Origin: Vicugna vicugna
Taxonomy: Eukaryota
DNA length: 60,000 nt
Direction: 5' to 3'
NCBI GenBank assembly: GCA_013265495.1
Contig: MU057781.1
Coordinates: 1,180,001 to 1,240,000 of the forward strand
This document shows, piece after piece, positions 37,241 through 49,989 of the stretch (the stretch's first letter is position 1; each line of letters begins with the position of its first letter). Below the pieces are notes generated by a model. It was not told the origin of the DNA, searched no databases, and saw only the letters and a list, made by a program, of their open reading frames with translations. The position numbers were made by a program, and so were the translations under genes.

Positions 37241-38846
37241 ATGCTTTGCCCTCAAACCCAGGAGCTCCCTCCACTGGCTGCCTGCCACACTCGGAGATGG
37301 GGTTTGTCATTTGCTCCAGTCATGAACATTTGTTTTTCTTTTGTTCCCACAGGTGTGCCTCTACGCGCGCACCCGATCGCTGATGCCAGAGCCTGGCCTC
37401 ACTAACCAGGGCCCATCTGCATCTCTGCCTCCTGAGCGAGACTCTCAGGTCTGCCTTGTCCTGCGTGATCACCGCACCGTTCAGTCTGCAAGGCCCTAAT
37501 GCAAAATTCAAAGGCTTATTTCCATCAGGTCCAAGTAGCTTTCCGCACATCTGCTTCCAACGGAAGACGAGGTGCCCCGTGTATGAGAACCTGGAGGCAG
37601 CTTACTGGAAAAGGCATCAGGGAGAACCTGTCCTTGAACCTCCTCGGAGGGAACCCGCCCCCAGCAAGATCTCTGCAGTCACAGCCAGGGCTGCACACTC
37701 TTCAGCCAGCCTGTCCTGGCGGCTTAGCCTCAGACAGACGACGTGCCAGGCGAGCAGGGAAGAGCAGGCGTCACTCCCTCATGTCGAACATATGCAGAGA
37801 GCTCGGGAGAAATCAAAGTCTGGTCGGTCACATGTTACCCAGAAAAATGCAGACTGGCTTGGAAAAGTCAAACCCAAACCTGATTATCATTTAACCAGTT
37901 AGTTTAAGGACTTGGTGGAGTGATTGCAGTTGCTGGTTAACATGGGGCAGGTGGCCCGGGCATTGCCCTCCCACGGCCGTGCTCCTGGCCTCTCGTGCGC
38001 CGCACCCCCTCGAAACTCTCAGGCGCCATCAGTGGCCGCTGGCTCAGCAAGGGAGGGTCGGCCTTCAGACGGGAGAAGGAGCAACACTGACTAACGGGTC
38101 ACGCTCTCCGCTCAGCGCAGAGAAGGCCCAAGGAGGGCGACGTGATGGCCAAGGGGCCGGTTTGGTTCGGAAGTGTTTGGTGCTCGATAAAAGACTCATA
38201 TGAAGTCAGGCTCCCTGAATTTCTTTCTCCTTTAACCTCGAACGGTTTTCTTAAAGCCCATCTTTGTGTTTCTTAACCTGCAAATTGCTGCAGAGCCCAA
38301 GTCAGCGCTTCTGCAGCACGCCCTTGATTTGGGGCGGCGTCCAGGTTTTCTGGTTTCTTCTAGGACAGTTTTGGTAAATTGTGTTTCTCAAGGAGTTTGT
38401 CTGTTTCATCTTAGTTGTGAGATTTGTTGGCGTGAGTTGCCTGTCGTATTCCCGGATGTGCCTTTTAACAACGAGGGTCGGGTGGCCTCCTCTCCCGCGG
38501 CTGAAGCTGTAATTCATGTTCCTCCCCAAGTCGGCCTCACTGGGATGTGGCGAGACTGTGTCATTCTTTTCAAAGAACCAGCGTTTTACTCCGCTGCTTT
38601 AAGAAGCCCTCTGAAGAGCTCCCTGCGCAGCTGCGCGTGGCTTCCTTGTGTTTGCTGTGCTTTGGATTTGTCACACTTCTTGGGTCTGTGAATTTATGTT
38701 TCTCACCAATGCAGGCAAATGCTGGCCATTATTTCTTAAAACTTCTTCTGCCCCGACCTCTTTCTCCTCGACTTCTGGGCTCCAGTACCTGCGTTAGGGC
38801 ACTTGATATTGTCATTCTCTGTTCATCTCTAAAACTCCTTTTTCTT

Positions 38847-39545
38847 ACGCAGCCTGGTGCAGCCACTGTGGAAAACAGTATGGAGGTTCCTCAAAAGACT
38901 AGGAATAGACTTACCATATGACCCAGGAATCCCGCTCCTGGGCTTGTATCCAGAAGGAAATCTACTTCAAAAAGACACCTGCATCCCAATGCTCATAGCA
39001 GCACTATTTACAGTAGCCAAGACATGGAGACAGCCTAAATGTCCATCAACAGATGACTGGATAAAGAAGAGGTGGTATATTTATACAATGGAATACTATT
39101 CAGCCATAAAAACTGACAACATAACACCATTTGCAGCAACTTGGATGCTCCTGGAGAATGTCATTCTAAGTGAAGTAAGCCAGAAAGAGAAAGAAAAATA
39201 GAGAAAGAAACATATGAGAATGCTCATATGTGGAATTAAAAAAAAAAAGAACATAAATACAAAACAGAAACAGACTCATAGGCATAGAATACAAACTTGT
39301 GGTTGCCAAGGGGGCGGGGGGTGGGAAGGGATAGATGGGATTTCAAAATTGTAGAATAGGTAAGCAAGATTATACTGTATAGCACAGGGAAGTATACACA
39401 AGATCTTACGGTAGCTCACAGTGAAAAAAATGTGACAATGAATATATGTATGTTCATGTATAACTGAAAAATCGTGCTCTGCACTGGAATTTGACACAAC
39501 ATTGTAAATGATTATAAATCAATAAAAATGTTTAAAAAAATAAAT
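38847..39545 (+). mobile_element. Young 5'-truncated L1 (ORF2 C-terminus, 3' UTR, A-rich tail) with TSD
   Basis: Open peptide [31 protein letters not shown]...MEYYSAIK...FAATWMLLENVILSEVSQ; AATAAA and A tail; TSD aaaactcctttttctt (38831-38846) / aaaattcctttttctt (39546-39561). Confidence 0.93.
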
Positions 39546-42500
39546 AAAATTCCTTTTTCTTGCTGTTTTTCAAGTTGGGTGATTTCGACTGCTCGGATAA
39601 TGTGAGCCTTTGGGAGGCGGGTGCCTGGGGGCGTGGGCCAGGCTGGAGTTGGGGATCCACAGCGTTGGTAGTGACCAAGCCCCGTCTTGTGTGTGTGTGT
39701 TGGGGGGGTCCCGGCCCCTTTCAATTGCCATCTGGGTCCAGCCTGGAAGAGGGGAGGCACAGTGCTTGGAGCGTACGCTGGTCCTGCCTGCAGCCTGGGT
39801 GGGGCTCCTGGTTCCTCGGCCATGCCTTCTGCTGGCTGATTGCACCCCTGGGGGGACCAGGACACATGGAGGGGCAGCTGTCAGCCCGTTCCTCGGGCTG
39901 GGTGGCCACTCTGCCCAGGGTAACTGAACACAGGAGTGCAGCCCAGCCTGCTGCGGTCAGACGGGTCACCTGGCGGGGCCAGGCAGTGAGAAGGCCACAT
40001 GAAGTGAGAGCTCCTGGACCCCTTCGGGGGCGATAGGTCAGCCTGGCTCTTCCCTGTTGTGACCAGCAGGACCTTTAGGAAGACTGCCCAAGGGGCCGTC
40101 TGCTCGACCTGCTCTGGGCTCCTGGTCTTTCAGGCTCAGTCGGGTGTCTGGTTCCAAAGGGGGCAAGCACTGCAGAGACAGGGAGGAACTCGGGTTCCTG
40201 GGATGTCAGCCTGGGGCCACGGAGGCCTCAGGAGGCCCACAGGACACACGGGGTCGGGTGAGATGTGCCGTGTGTCCTGATGCTGGGTCCCCGTCCCCTC
40301 GCCAGGGGCCAGCCACCCTGCACCCCCAGTGGGCCGGCTCACACCAGGTGTAGACCCTCCACTGGGGTCCCACAGCCTCAGGGCACCTTCGCCTCTGCGG
40401 GGCCTTAGGCACATTTTCATTCTCCATCTTGCTGGTTCCCAGCCTAATAAAAAGCTTTGCATGAATATTTCATTCTGCATGTGAATTCATCTCATGTCTG
40501 CAGGGAGGAAGAATTAGAAGAAAGCAGGTTCATTATCGTGGGCGGGTGTCGAAGCCGCAGGGTCTGTGAGGGGAGGCTGCTGCTGGACGCCCTGCAGGTG
40601 GAAAGTCGGACACCGCAAACCGGAAATTTCCTCCCCGTGCAGGATCTCCTCCCCCTTCCCCAGCCGCGGGGAGAGCACGTTGGGGTGTGACGGGCCCGGG
40701 CCAGCGGTGGTAGAGTCTCTGGGCTCCTGGGCTCAGGCTTCCTGGGGGGGCAGGTGGGAGGAAGAGAGGTCGGAGGTCACGCAGGGTCTCCTCTGAGCCT
40801 CTCAGCCAGGCTTGGGACGGGGCGTGGCACCTGCTCCCAGGAAAAAGCTCCCCGCTCAGCACACGCATCCGCAGCCCCCAGGGCCTGTGGGAGCTAACGC
40901 ACCCAGGCCCTCCCTGACTGGGGCCCCAGGGCCGCCTGCGCAGCCCGGATGCCGGGGGGGCAGCCCCGGGCCCCGGGTGCTCACAGGGCGGGAGGTGCGC
41001 GGTGACCAGTTCTCACGGGCTCGGTCACTTCACATGCCAGTGAGCAGGAGTATGAGTCTAACTATCTTGGGGAGGGGGGGGCATTCCAGGAACTGGGCCG
41101 CTGCCCACTTTGTGACTGCTCGTGGTCAGCCTAGGAGCTGTCATGGCGCCTGTGGGTGTGCCACGGGGTCAAGGTCCCCCGGACGTCAACCCTTGTGCCA
41201 TCTTGGTTGTAACCAGTGTGTCGTGTCCTCGGTGCTGTGTGGTTCCTCCAGTGCTTGTGCCCGGCCCCTTCCCTCCTGTCGCAGTGCCTCTGGGGACACA
41301 CTTTCTGCCGGGGTGTGGCCCCTGAGCCTCCCTTGGCGTCTGTTGGGCCCCCAGCCCTGTTCTGATTGTCCAGACAAGGACCCCTGCTGAGGCCCCTGGT
41401 CCTGGCTGGGCTGGGCCATGGCTATTTGGGGCTGGTTGTTGTCAACCCCAAGATCCCTGCTCTTGGGTCAGGCCCTGGTCCCCGCTGTGGCCGAGCTGAG
41501 GGACCCCATGCAGCCGGGGCAGATGCCTGTGTTCCCTGAGACCAGCGTGGTCTGCCCTTCCTGGGGGTGGCGGGGTCGGGGCCTCGCTCCGCCCGCTCCC
41601 CGCTGGTCCCTGCCCCTTTCTGCACCATCCTGACCCTCCGGCCCTGGGGGGCCCTGCTCCGCCTGCAGCTTGGAGCCTGCCGCAGCAGGTGAGGGCTCCG
41701 GGTCAGTGTGCAGCCCCCGTGCAGAGGGCGGGGGCTGAGCTGTGTCAGCTGATAGCCCTCCTGGACCAAGAGGGCGAAGGCGCCGGCCTTGGTTTGCAGT
41801 GTCCCGCCTCGGCTCCTGGCTCTGAGTGGAGCTGTTTTGACTTCATCTTCCCAGGCCTCGGTTTCACCCGCCGTCTGATGAGATCTTGAGGGTGACGGTG
41901 CAGGTGAGGCGCAGGGGGCACCTCGCCGCGGGCACTACCTCGCCGCAGGCACTGGGCTTCGGCCGGGTCCCCGCTGCCCTTCACACGAGCAGCACCTGCG
42001 GCTCTGCGAGCCGGGAGCCCGGTGACCGAAGGTGAGAAGCTTCCGGGAAGGACTCCGGGGGTTCGCGGCGGGGAAGCTTCTGCCCCCGGGCGGTGCTCCC
42101 GGTGGGGGCGGGAGGAGAGCTCTGGGCCCAGGACCACGTGGGGGCCTGGCCTGTCCCATGAATGAGGACAACTGGGGGAAGGTCGCTGTGTAGATCCCAA
42201 AAAACCCAACTTGTCAGCTTCTGAAAAGAATTCCAACCCAGAAAGTATAAACACATAATTTACCAAAGCTTCATCACTGAGTTGGGGCCTTTTTCTTAGG
42301 TTTTCAGAGACAGATTTCACCATTAGTGGCAGAAAGCGTGGGGTGAGAAGAGAGAGTCGCCCTCTGTCCCGTCTATAAAAAGTGCCAGCAAGTTAGTTGA
42401 AAATAGCCTGGAACACTCCCTGCAGTGACCTAGAAAGCTCAGGACGCATTTCCTTTGTCCAGAAGCAGCTTGTGATGGGCTCCAGCTGGCGGCCGCAGGA

Positions 42501-45500
42501 CGCGGCTGGCCTGGAACGGGTCCCCAGGCGAGGCCCTGGCGGCCGTGGGAGGGGTGGGGGAGGGGTCCTTCCCCGGTCAACGTGGAGCTTCTCCGTCATG
42601 GGCAGGAGGAGGCCAGAGGAAAGAGGTGGCTTCTGCTCAGCTTAGAGTCCCCTGTCACGAGACACCCTGTTGTCTGTCTGCGGCTCTGTAGAGGCCTCCC
42701 GGGCTGGACCCCTGCCACCCTCACGAGGGACGCGCCAGGCCGAGTCTAGGGCACGTGTGCCTCGGTGCAAGGAAGGGTGTCCCACTTACCAGGAGGACGG
42801 GCTCCCACGGGGACCTGGGCGCCTCTGGCCTGGCGTGACTTCCGTTTGTCGTGGGCTGGAGCTTGCTCGCCCCTCCTCCGGGGTCACATCAGGGCCCGTC
42901 GTCTGATCCAACAACAGGACAGATTCCAAAGTGCAGGGAAGTGCCTGGAAGTCTGGCACCCTGGATACGGGAGGGCACTTCCTGCTTCTTTGTTATCAGA
43001 CATTGAACACTGACACTGATGCCAAGAAGCCTTCTGCAGGTCGCCAGTGACCAAGGGAAGATATGCAACCAAGACTCACCCAAGGGGCTTCAGATCCGAG
43101 AGGTAAGCCGTGCCTCTGGTCACCAGGGAGGATCGGCCGTAGGGTGTGTGGCCGCGGACAGTATTTCTTGCCTGGAGGATCTGCATCCCTGGGCAGTGGC
43201 CGGCTGGCCCCAGGCATGAGGCCACAGCGGGCTGAGCTCCGAGCACAGGCGTGGGCTCAGCCCACATGGGGCTGGCCGGGCGGGAGGGGCTCATCCAGTG
43301 TTCACAGCGTCCGCGACTGTGAGGGGTGTCCGGCCCAGGTCGGGGCAGCGATTCTCCCGCCTCTCTGAGCTGTGCTGGCTCCGCTCCTGGGACGACCCCG
43401 GCTGGATGAGAGTGACCCTCCGGGGCCCCGGTCCCTGCAGACACGCCAGCTGGGAGGGGCATGGAGGCGGGGAAGGCGCCCAGGGTCCCCCACATGCTCT
43501 TGAGGACCAGAGGCTCGTCCCCTCCTGTGAATGAGGCGCTTGCTGCATACCTAACAACTCCATTTCCCTGCTTCTAATCTCCGGGAGGGAGCAGACAGAC
43601 GGGAACAGCCCCTCGTCCCAGGTGTGACCCCAGCGATCCCTCAGTGTCCTCAGTGCCCCTCGCAGGACCCCTCACCCCGTGGACCGAGCCACCCTGGCCC
43701 TGCGTGTGCAGCCTCGTCTCCCTGACGGTGAACAGCAGAGGCGCCTCCTGGAAAGAGGCTGGCGTTTTGGTGCTGAAAACTCAGTGGAAGTAAAAAGAAG
43801 AAACGTCGTTTCTACTGTCAAACCCGTCTTCGTCTGCAGAGGTCTGAGGAGAAGGGCAGACACATGGAATCGCGCTTGCGTTCCCACGAGCAGCTCGCCC
43901 ACTTCCAACCCATCCGGGAGCCCCTTGCCCCTCTGAGGTGCTGGTGCCCGCAGGATACCCCGTGTGCTCCGTGCCCCTGGACATCTGTCTGGAACGTGGC
44001 GGCTCCTTGGACAGTGGGTGGGAGCACGCTTTGGCCCGCGGCCAGTCTGGGGGATGAAAGCCGGTGTAAACACTGCTGAACTGATTCTGTGGTGTCTTAG
44101 CTACATGATCGATAACTGCATCAGCTACTCAGCCAATGGTGTGTCTGTGCCCACAGAACTAGGTTTGTAAGTGTCCTTGGGCCTGGGGCCCGTCCTGAGC
44201 TGGGGTGCCCACCCCCACCTGGCCAGCCCAGCCTCCCAACAAGCCCTGGACCTGGGAGACCCAGCTGACCATCCTCCTGGTGTAAGCAGCGGTGAGAAGG
44301 AGCCGGGCGCGGGCTCTCCTTCCGTGGTCCCCGGTCCTCCTGCTGCTGTCTCGTCCTGCGCAGCTGCGTTCTGCCAAGGAGGCTGGCCCGTCCAGCCCTG
44401 GTGGTCACGTCTGTCCCCCCCGGCCCTCTCAGCTGTCCTCAGCGGTCCCTAGCCTTTGGTCCTTCCAACTTCACCTGGTCTGAGGGCCCTGGGGGAAAGG
44501 CCCCGCCCAGAGCACTCAGGGGAGAAGCCTGCGTGTGGGGAGGACGTTCTCGGTGACATTGGGACAAATTGTGCTGCTTTCGGGGACCAGACTGAGGGCA
44601 ATAACCCCCATTTCCCCAGCCGACTCGGGTTAATTGGTGTTAATATTCATTCCACGCCCCGCACCGCATTGCTAGCTCTGCGGCCAAAAGCAGATTTCAG
44701 CATTCCAGAAGATGAGGTGACTCCGCGTGCGACCCTAACAGCCTCTTTGATACTTGACAAGTAGTCCTTTCTGCCACGGGCCTTGGGGCGAGGGCCCACT
44801 CGCTGCCGGGAGTCCAGAGCGGGTTCCCTGCGTGGCCCCTGCACAGGCTGCCCTGGGCTCAGCGATGAGGGCAGAGGGCGCTGCGGGCACTGCAGAGACC
44901 AGAGCCCCCAGGCCAGCAGGGAAGGGACCCCATCCGAGGCTGGGGTCCGAGCCAGCCCAGCCCGTGAGGACGTCCACCCGGGCGGGGGCCCTGGGTCCAC
45001 GGCTGAAGCGAGAGTCGGGGCCCCTGTGTTTCGCAGCAGGGTCAGCGGTGAGTGGAGCGCGAGGCCCTCTCCTCGCACAGAAGGCCCGGCCTGCGTCCCT
45101 CCGCGTCACGGTTAACACCGCAGAGTTTTCTAATCTGTCGTTTGCACAAAGGGAATGCCAGTCATTTGTTCAGCCAAACGCCACCATGGAGTTAACGTGT
45201 CACACTGAAGCTTAAACAGGAAAACTGTGTGCTTGTCAAAGCTGCTCAGCTGTCAGTATCCCCAAATCCTGCACGTTCTGGGGAGCCCAAATACTTTGTC
45301 GCGGAGGTTATGTTAAGGACTGAAAGTAAGTACAGCGCCTGAGTCCTGACAGTGAAGAAGACTGGACGGAGGAGTGTGAGCGGCGGGCGCCAGGGCCAGA
45401 GGAGCGGGCCCGGCGCGTCCGCCTCGCGGCTCCTGCTCTCCCTCCACGAACCCCCACCCCAGAGACTGACGGCTGCAGCTCCTCGTCTGCTCCAGACCCC

Positions 45501-45892
45501 GGGGCTCAAACCTGAGTGGGACAAGCCGGGAGGGCGTGACGAGGGCTGGTGCTGAAGAGCCAGGCGTGGCCCCCAGGGGGCAGCTCCGTGGTCCTCAGAT
45601 GCCAGCCGTCTGCTCGAGACAGGGAAGAGCCTTTCCCGCTGTCTCAGGCCGGGGCCCTCGGTACGGGTGGACTTCCCAGGGGAGGGTCCTGGGACCCAAC
45701 GCCGCTGTGGACTCGCTGGGCTCAGTGGCTGCAGGGGGCGAATGGGAGCAAACCAGACACCAGCCTCTCTGGCCCATGTTCTCGGGTTTAGGGCAGCAGG
45801 GCAGGTGCAGGAGGCCTTGACAGGGTTTTCCCGCCGCTGTCCAGGCCGTCGGTTCCAGGGCCTGGGTGACGCTACCCCTGCTCACAGCGAGG

Positions 45893-46046
45893 GGTAGCTA
45901 TGGGGTGTGGGCTGGTAGTTGAGTGGTGGCAGGTGAGTAGTTAAGGGGTGATAGACGGATAGTCGAGAGGTGGTAAATGGGTAGTTAAGGGGTGTGGATG
46001 GGTAGTTGAGTGGTGGCAGGTGGGTAGTTGAGTGGTGGCAGGTGGC
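45893..46046. repeat. Degenerate ~22-bp G-rich tandem repeat (ggtagttgagtggtggcaggtg)
   Basis: Recurring gtagtt(g/a)ag motif, about 6-7 copies. Confidence 0.75.
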
Positions 46047-46559
46047 AGGGGGGACAGTGTGGGGTCCTGTCCTGCTGCTGGCCCCCGTCTCATGGCCTTG
46101 GTCCCTGGTGTCCCCATCTCTGCAGTGCCAGGGTGACATCCTTCCCTGGAGGCCTCATGCCCCACACTCGCTGGACAGAGGCTGCTGCCCTCGGGGGCCT
46201 CAGAGGCCAGTCCATTCCATGCCCGGCGTGGGCTCTGGCCTCAAGGTAGGAGTGTGGGGATCGCACGTCTGAAGTGCCGTCTGGGGAGACGCGGCAGCTC
46301 AGGGACACGAGCCCAGCTGAGGGGCTCACGGCTTTCTGCACGGTCAGTGGTTGACCCGGGCGCCCCTCGGCCTTGTGAGACCGAGACGTCGCTGACGCAG
46401 CTGCCTGGCGCAGGCTCCCCTTTAGATCGGGGGTCTGGCCTCTGCACTTGCTCCTTCTCGCACGTGACAGTTTTCTTTTCTGAAAAACTCGTCTGAAGTC
46501 TGGCACTACGTCCAGGGGTTCCACAGAGCGCCTTTCAGACTCTGACTTATAGCCTCTGC

Positions 46560-47110
46560 AGGAGGCCCTGTCAGTGATCAGAAGAGTGTGGCCGCTGGCG
46601 GAGGGTGGAGATTTCCAGAATCCACCTCGAGGTGCACAGCTCTGGGCGTTCAGCACGGGGACACGCTCTCTGCTTCCAGGACCCTTCGGCCCCCGAGAGG
46701 CAGTGCCCATCACCCCGCCCCCTCCCCCAGCCCCTGGCAACACTAACCCACTTTCGGTCTGTCTGGACTTACCTTTCCTGCGCGGTTCATTTGAGTGGAA
46801 TCGCGTGGCACGTGGCCTCTGGCCTGGCCTCGCTCACAGAAGGCCGGCTTTCACCGCCCGGCTGTGTCGTGCCCTGTACCGGCGCGTCCCCCCGTTTTCA
46901 GGGCTGATGCTGGTCCGCTGGTGGGCGGACATGCTTCCTCTATCTGTTCCTCCTGCGGATGGACGTGTGGGCTGTCCCCGCCTTCGGGCCACTGCGGGCA
47001 CTTGCAGAGGTTTTGCTTGAGCTCCTGTCTCTGGTTCTTGGGGTGTGTACCCAGGAGTGGAACTGCTGGGCCATGTGGCGTTTCTAGGTTGAACTTCCTG
47101 AGAAAATCTC
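46560..47110 (-). mobile_element. L1MB-like 3' end, GC-shifted
   Basis: cccctcccccagcccctggcaacactaacccacttt...gtacccaggagtggaactgctgggccatgtgg; ORF 46851 contains FLRKFNLETPHGPAVPLLGTHPK. Confidence 0.75.
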
Positions 47111-48003
47111 TCTCTTTCAGTGGAGAGTGGCGGCAGGTGCTCAGGTGTCTGAACAAAGCACACGGTTTCTAAATACGCAGCAGACATAGTCCAGTCACAC
47201 GTCCCCTTACATTCAATACAAGCACGCGGGGCTCCGCGCCAGGCAGCCTGTGTGAGCTGTTTATCAAATGTCCTTTGATGTGAAAACTCACACCATTTGA
47301 AAACTTCCTAAGTTGTGCTGGATTGTGAGGTAAATCGGAAAAGCTGTTGCTTTTTCATTTAAATACAGCTTGGGCTTGAGCGGTTTGTGTTTATAAAATA
47401 AACGGCTTGCACGGTTTTTTAAATTAAAAACCCGAACAAGTGTTACCACTGAGATGAACACAATTACGTGAGATCCTCAAAATAATAAAACCTCCTCTTT
47501 CAGAGCCTTTTGGGCATAAAAGTAAACCCGTGCGTCTGGGGGAGGCTGTCATCCTTGCAGCAGAAGTTCCCTGGGGGCCGGCGGGAGGGAAGCGCAGGGA
47601 ACGGAGGCTGTGGGACCACCCACCGCCTGCCTCCAGCCAGACCCGGCTGCTGCGGGGTCTTAGATGATGACAGCTTTAAAGAAATAGGATTGTGCACGTT
47701 GCCTCCTTGCCAGACGGGCTTTTTCTGCATTTTTGTCCCCAAGGGAACCAAGGGGTCGGACCCCAGGATCCCGCTTTCCCTGGTTGTAGCCGGGACGCGG
47801 GCCCCGAGGGCAGCGTTTCCATCTGTCCGGAGTCTGGGATCCCGACACAGATTGCTTCTCCTTCTGGACGCCACGCCGGCCCCTTGTGCGGCCCGACTCT
47901 GTTACCGAGAGGCAGTGAGGCTCCCAAGGGAGTGTCCTGGCTGCGCACGGGGCTCAGACGGGCGGAGGGAGGGTCCCAGGGCACTTGCCTGGGACCTGAT
48001 GCG

Positions 48004-48090
48004 GATCCCCGTCCCTGCTCTGGGGACCTCGCGATCCCCGTCCCTGCTCTGGGGACCTCGCGATCCCCGTCCCTGCTCTGGGGACCTCGC
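48004..48090. repeat. 3 x 29-bp perfect tandem repeat (gatccccgtccctgctctggggacctcgc)
   Basis: Units start at 48004, 48033 and 48062. Confidence 0.95.
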
Positions 48091-49989
48091 GAGGCTGGCG
48101 TGGAGCCTGAGGCCCGATGGCCAAGGCGGAAGAGCAGCAGTGCCAGCACAGGTCGCCTTCGACCCAGGAGACCGGAACCAAGCCCGTGGGTCAGTCCCAG
48201 CTGGGCCCGGTCGGGCTGGCACCATGAGCTCCCATGCCCGGGCGTCTGCCGGCTGCTCCCGCGCGCTGCTGCAAGCCCTCGGGTCCGCCATGGGCCTCTG
48301 CAGGGCGAGCCGGTGGCCTCTGGGGAGCGGCCTCTGAACTGGCCGGCTGTGAGCCTGTGGTGGGGGAGGGGAATCGGGCCAGGGTGGAAAGCCAGGGCGC
48401 TGGTCATCCGTTAGAGGAACTGTGTCCCGGCGCCCCGGCCATCACCAGGTGTCTGACGGCCAGGACGGGTCAGCATGGGGTGGGGCTGAGTCCTCTCAAC
48501 TTGGGTTCTGCGTGCACAAGACCCACACTCACCCACAGGGATGCTGGTGCTTGAGGAGGTGGTGGCCACGTGTCTGACCTGAGGTCTTCAGGACACCATG
48601 CAGCTGAGCCCTCACCCTGAGCTCCAGATGGGAGCATGGGGGGAGGGGTGCAGAGGGCCATGGGGGTGGGGAGGAGACATCAGGGTGGTCCGGGGCACCC
48701 TCTGGGCAACCCCACACCGGGGCACACAGAGAGGCCCACCTCACGGCAGGCACTGGCTGCAGGTATGGACAGTGAGGTCCTGACTCCCCGTGTCCTGGAA
48801 GGAGTGTCCACTGGCCAAGGCTGTGCAGGGTCCTCTGAGCCCCGAGCCTGGGCCGGTGGACGGGGCTGCTCGTCCAGTCCAGGCTGTCAGGCAGGTCGAG
48901 CCAGCCCCCAGCCCACTCTGTCCAGAGGCCGGTGCTCCCTGGGGGAGCTGAGTGCACACAGCAGTCCCCCAGGCGGGCGAAGCCTCAGCCTGGTGCTCTG
49001 ACCTTGAGGGTCCAGGGGGCACTGCCTGGGCCAAGTGCCTGTGGGTGAGGATGGCTGAGGCTGCAGGAGGCCTGGGCTCCAGCCCCCGGGGAGTCTCCAG
49101 ACGCTTTTGGGGCCCTGGGAGACCCTACAGCCTCAGTCCCTGTGGACAGGTGACCTTCAGGCTGGCGCACAGTCCTGGATGTCGGCGATATCGGGCAGGG
49201 GAGGGTCTGGACAGGGTGCCAGGTATGGTGAGGAGGGACACACCCTCGGCTGGTCCTTCCTGCAGGGTGACCAGGGGCGTGGGTGCTGTCGGAACGAGGC
49301 CTGCCAGCTGCTGAGTCTTGAAATGAAGATCTTCAGGCAGGCCAGCCCCAGGGACCCCATGGTCCAGGTGACATACAGCGCAGCCTCTGTGAGTGAAGCT
49401 CTGTGAAGTGTTTAAGGATCCAGAGAAGATTCCAGAGGCTGCAGGAGGACACCTGAGGTCACCTTCACTGAGCTGCCTCTGTGACCCTGGGGAAAGGAAG
49501 CCGGTGTCACGGGAAGTAAATCTGCCTTAGGAATGCTGGGAGGGCCAGCCCTGCCCGCACGTGGGGGTCGGCGGGGCCCTGCCCTGGGTGAGGCTGTGCA
49601 GGTGACAGATGAGCGGGGTCGGGGAGCTGCCCACCCCTCTCTCACTCCGGGCGGCCGGGAGGGAGGGTCTGGCCGGGGCAAGGAGGACAGCGACAAGCAT
49701 GTGCGCGTGGCCCTCCCACTGGGTGGTGAGCTCCTGTAGGCTCCGGCGCCGGCCCTGCCCGGACACCTCCGCCTGCCGGCCCGCTTTGCGTCCTTGCAGC
49801 CGAGTCCATCACAGAGCTGACTGTCCAGTTGTGGTGAAGTCTGATTTTCAGAGTTCTCTCTTGTTTGAAGTAACGCTCTCGTTCCTGGTCCGGCGTTTTC
49901 TGTCCCCTGCCCTCTTCCCCCTCGATGAGCCAGCAGGCAGTTGGCCGGTGCTTCCGCCGTGCTCGGAGGGCCAGGCTCTGGCCCCGGTG

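Noticed and set aside
48004..48090. 29-bp palindromic repeats resembling CRISPR direct repeats
   Set aside because: They are directly adjacent with no spacers.
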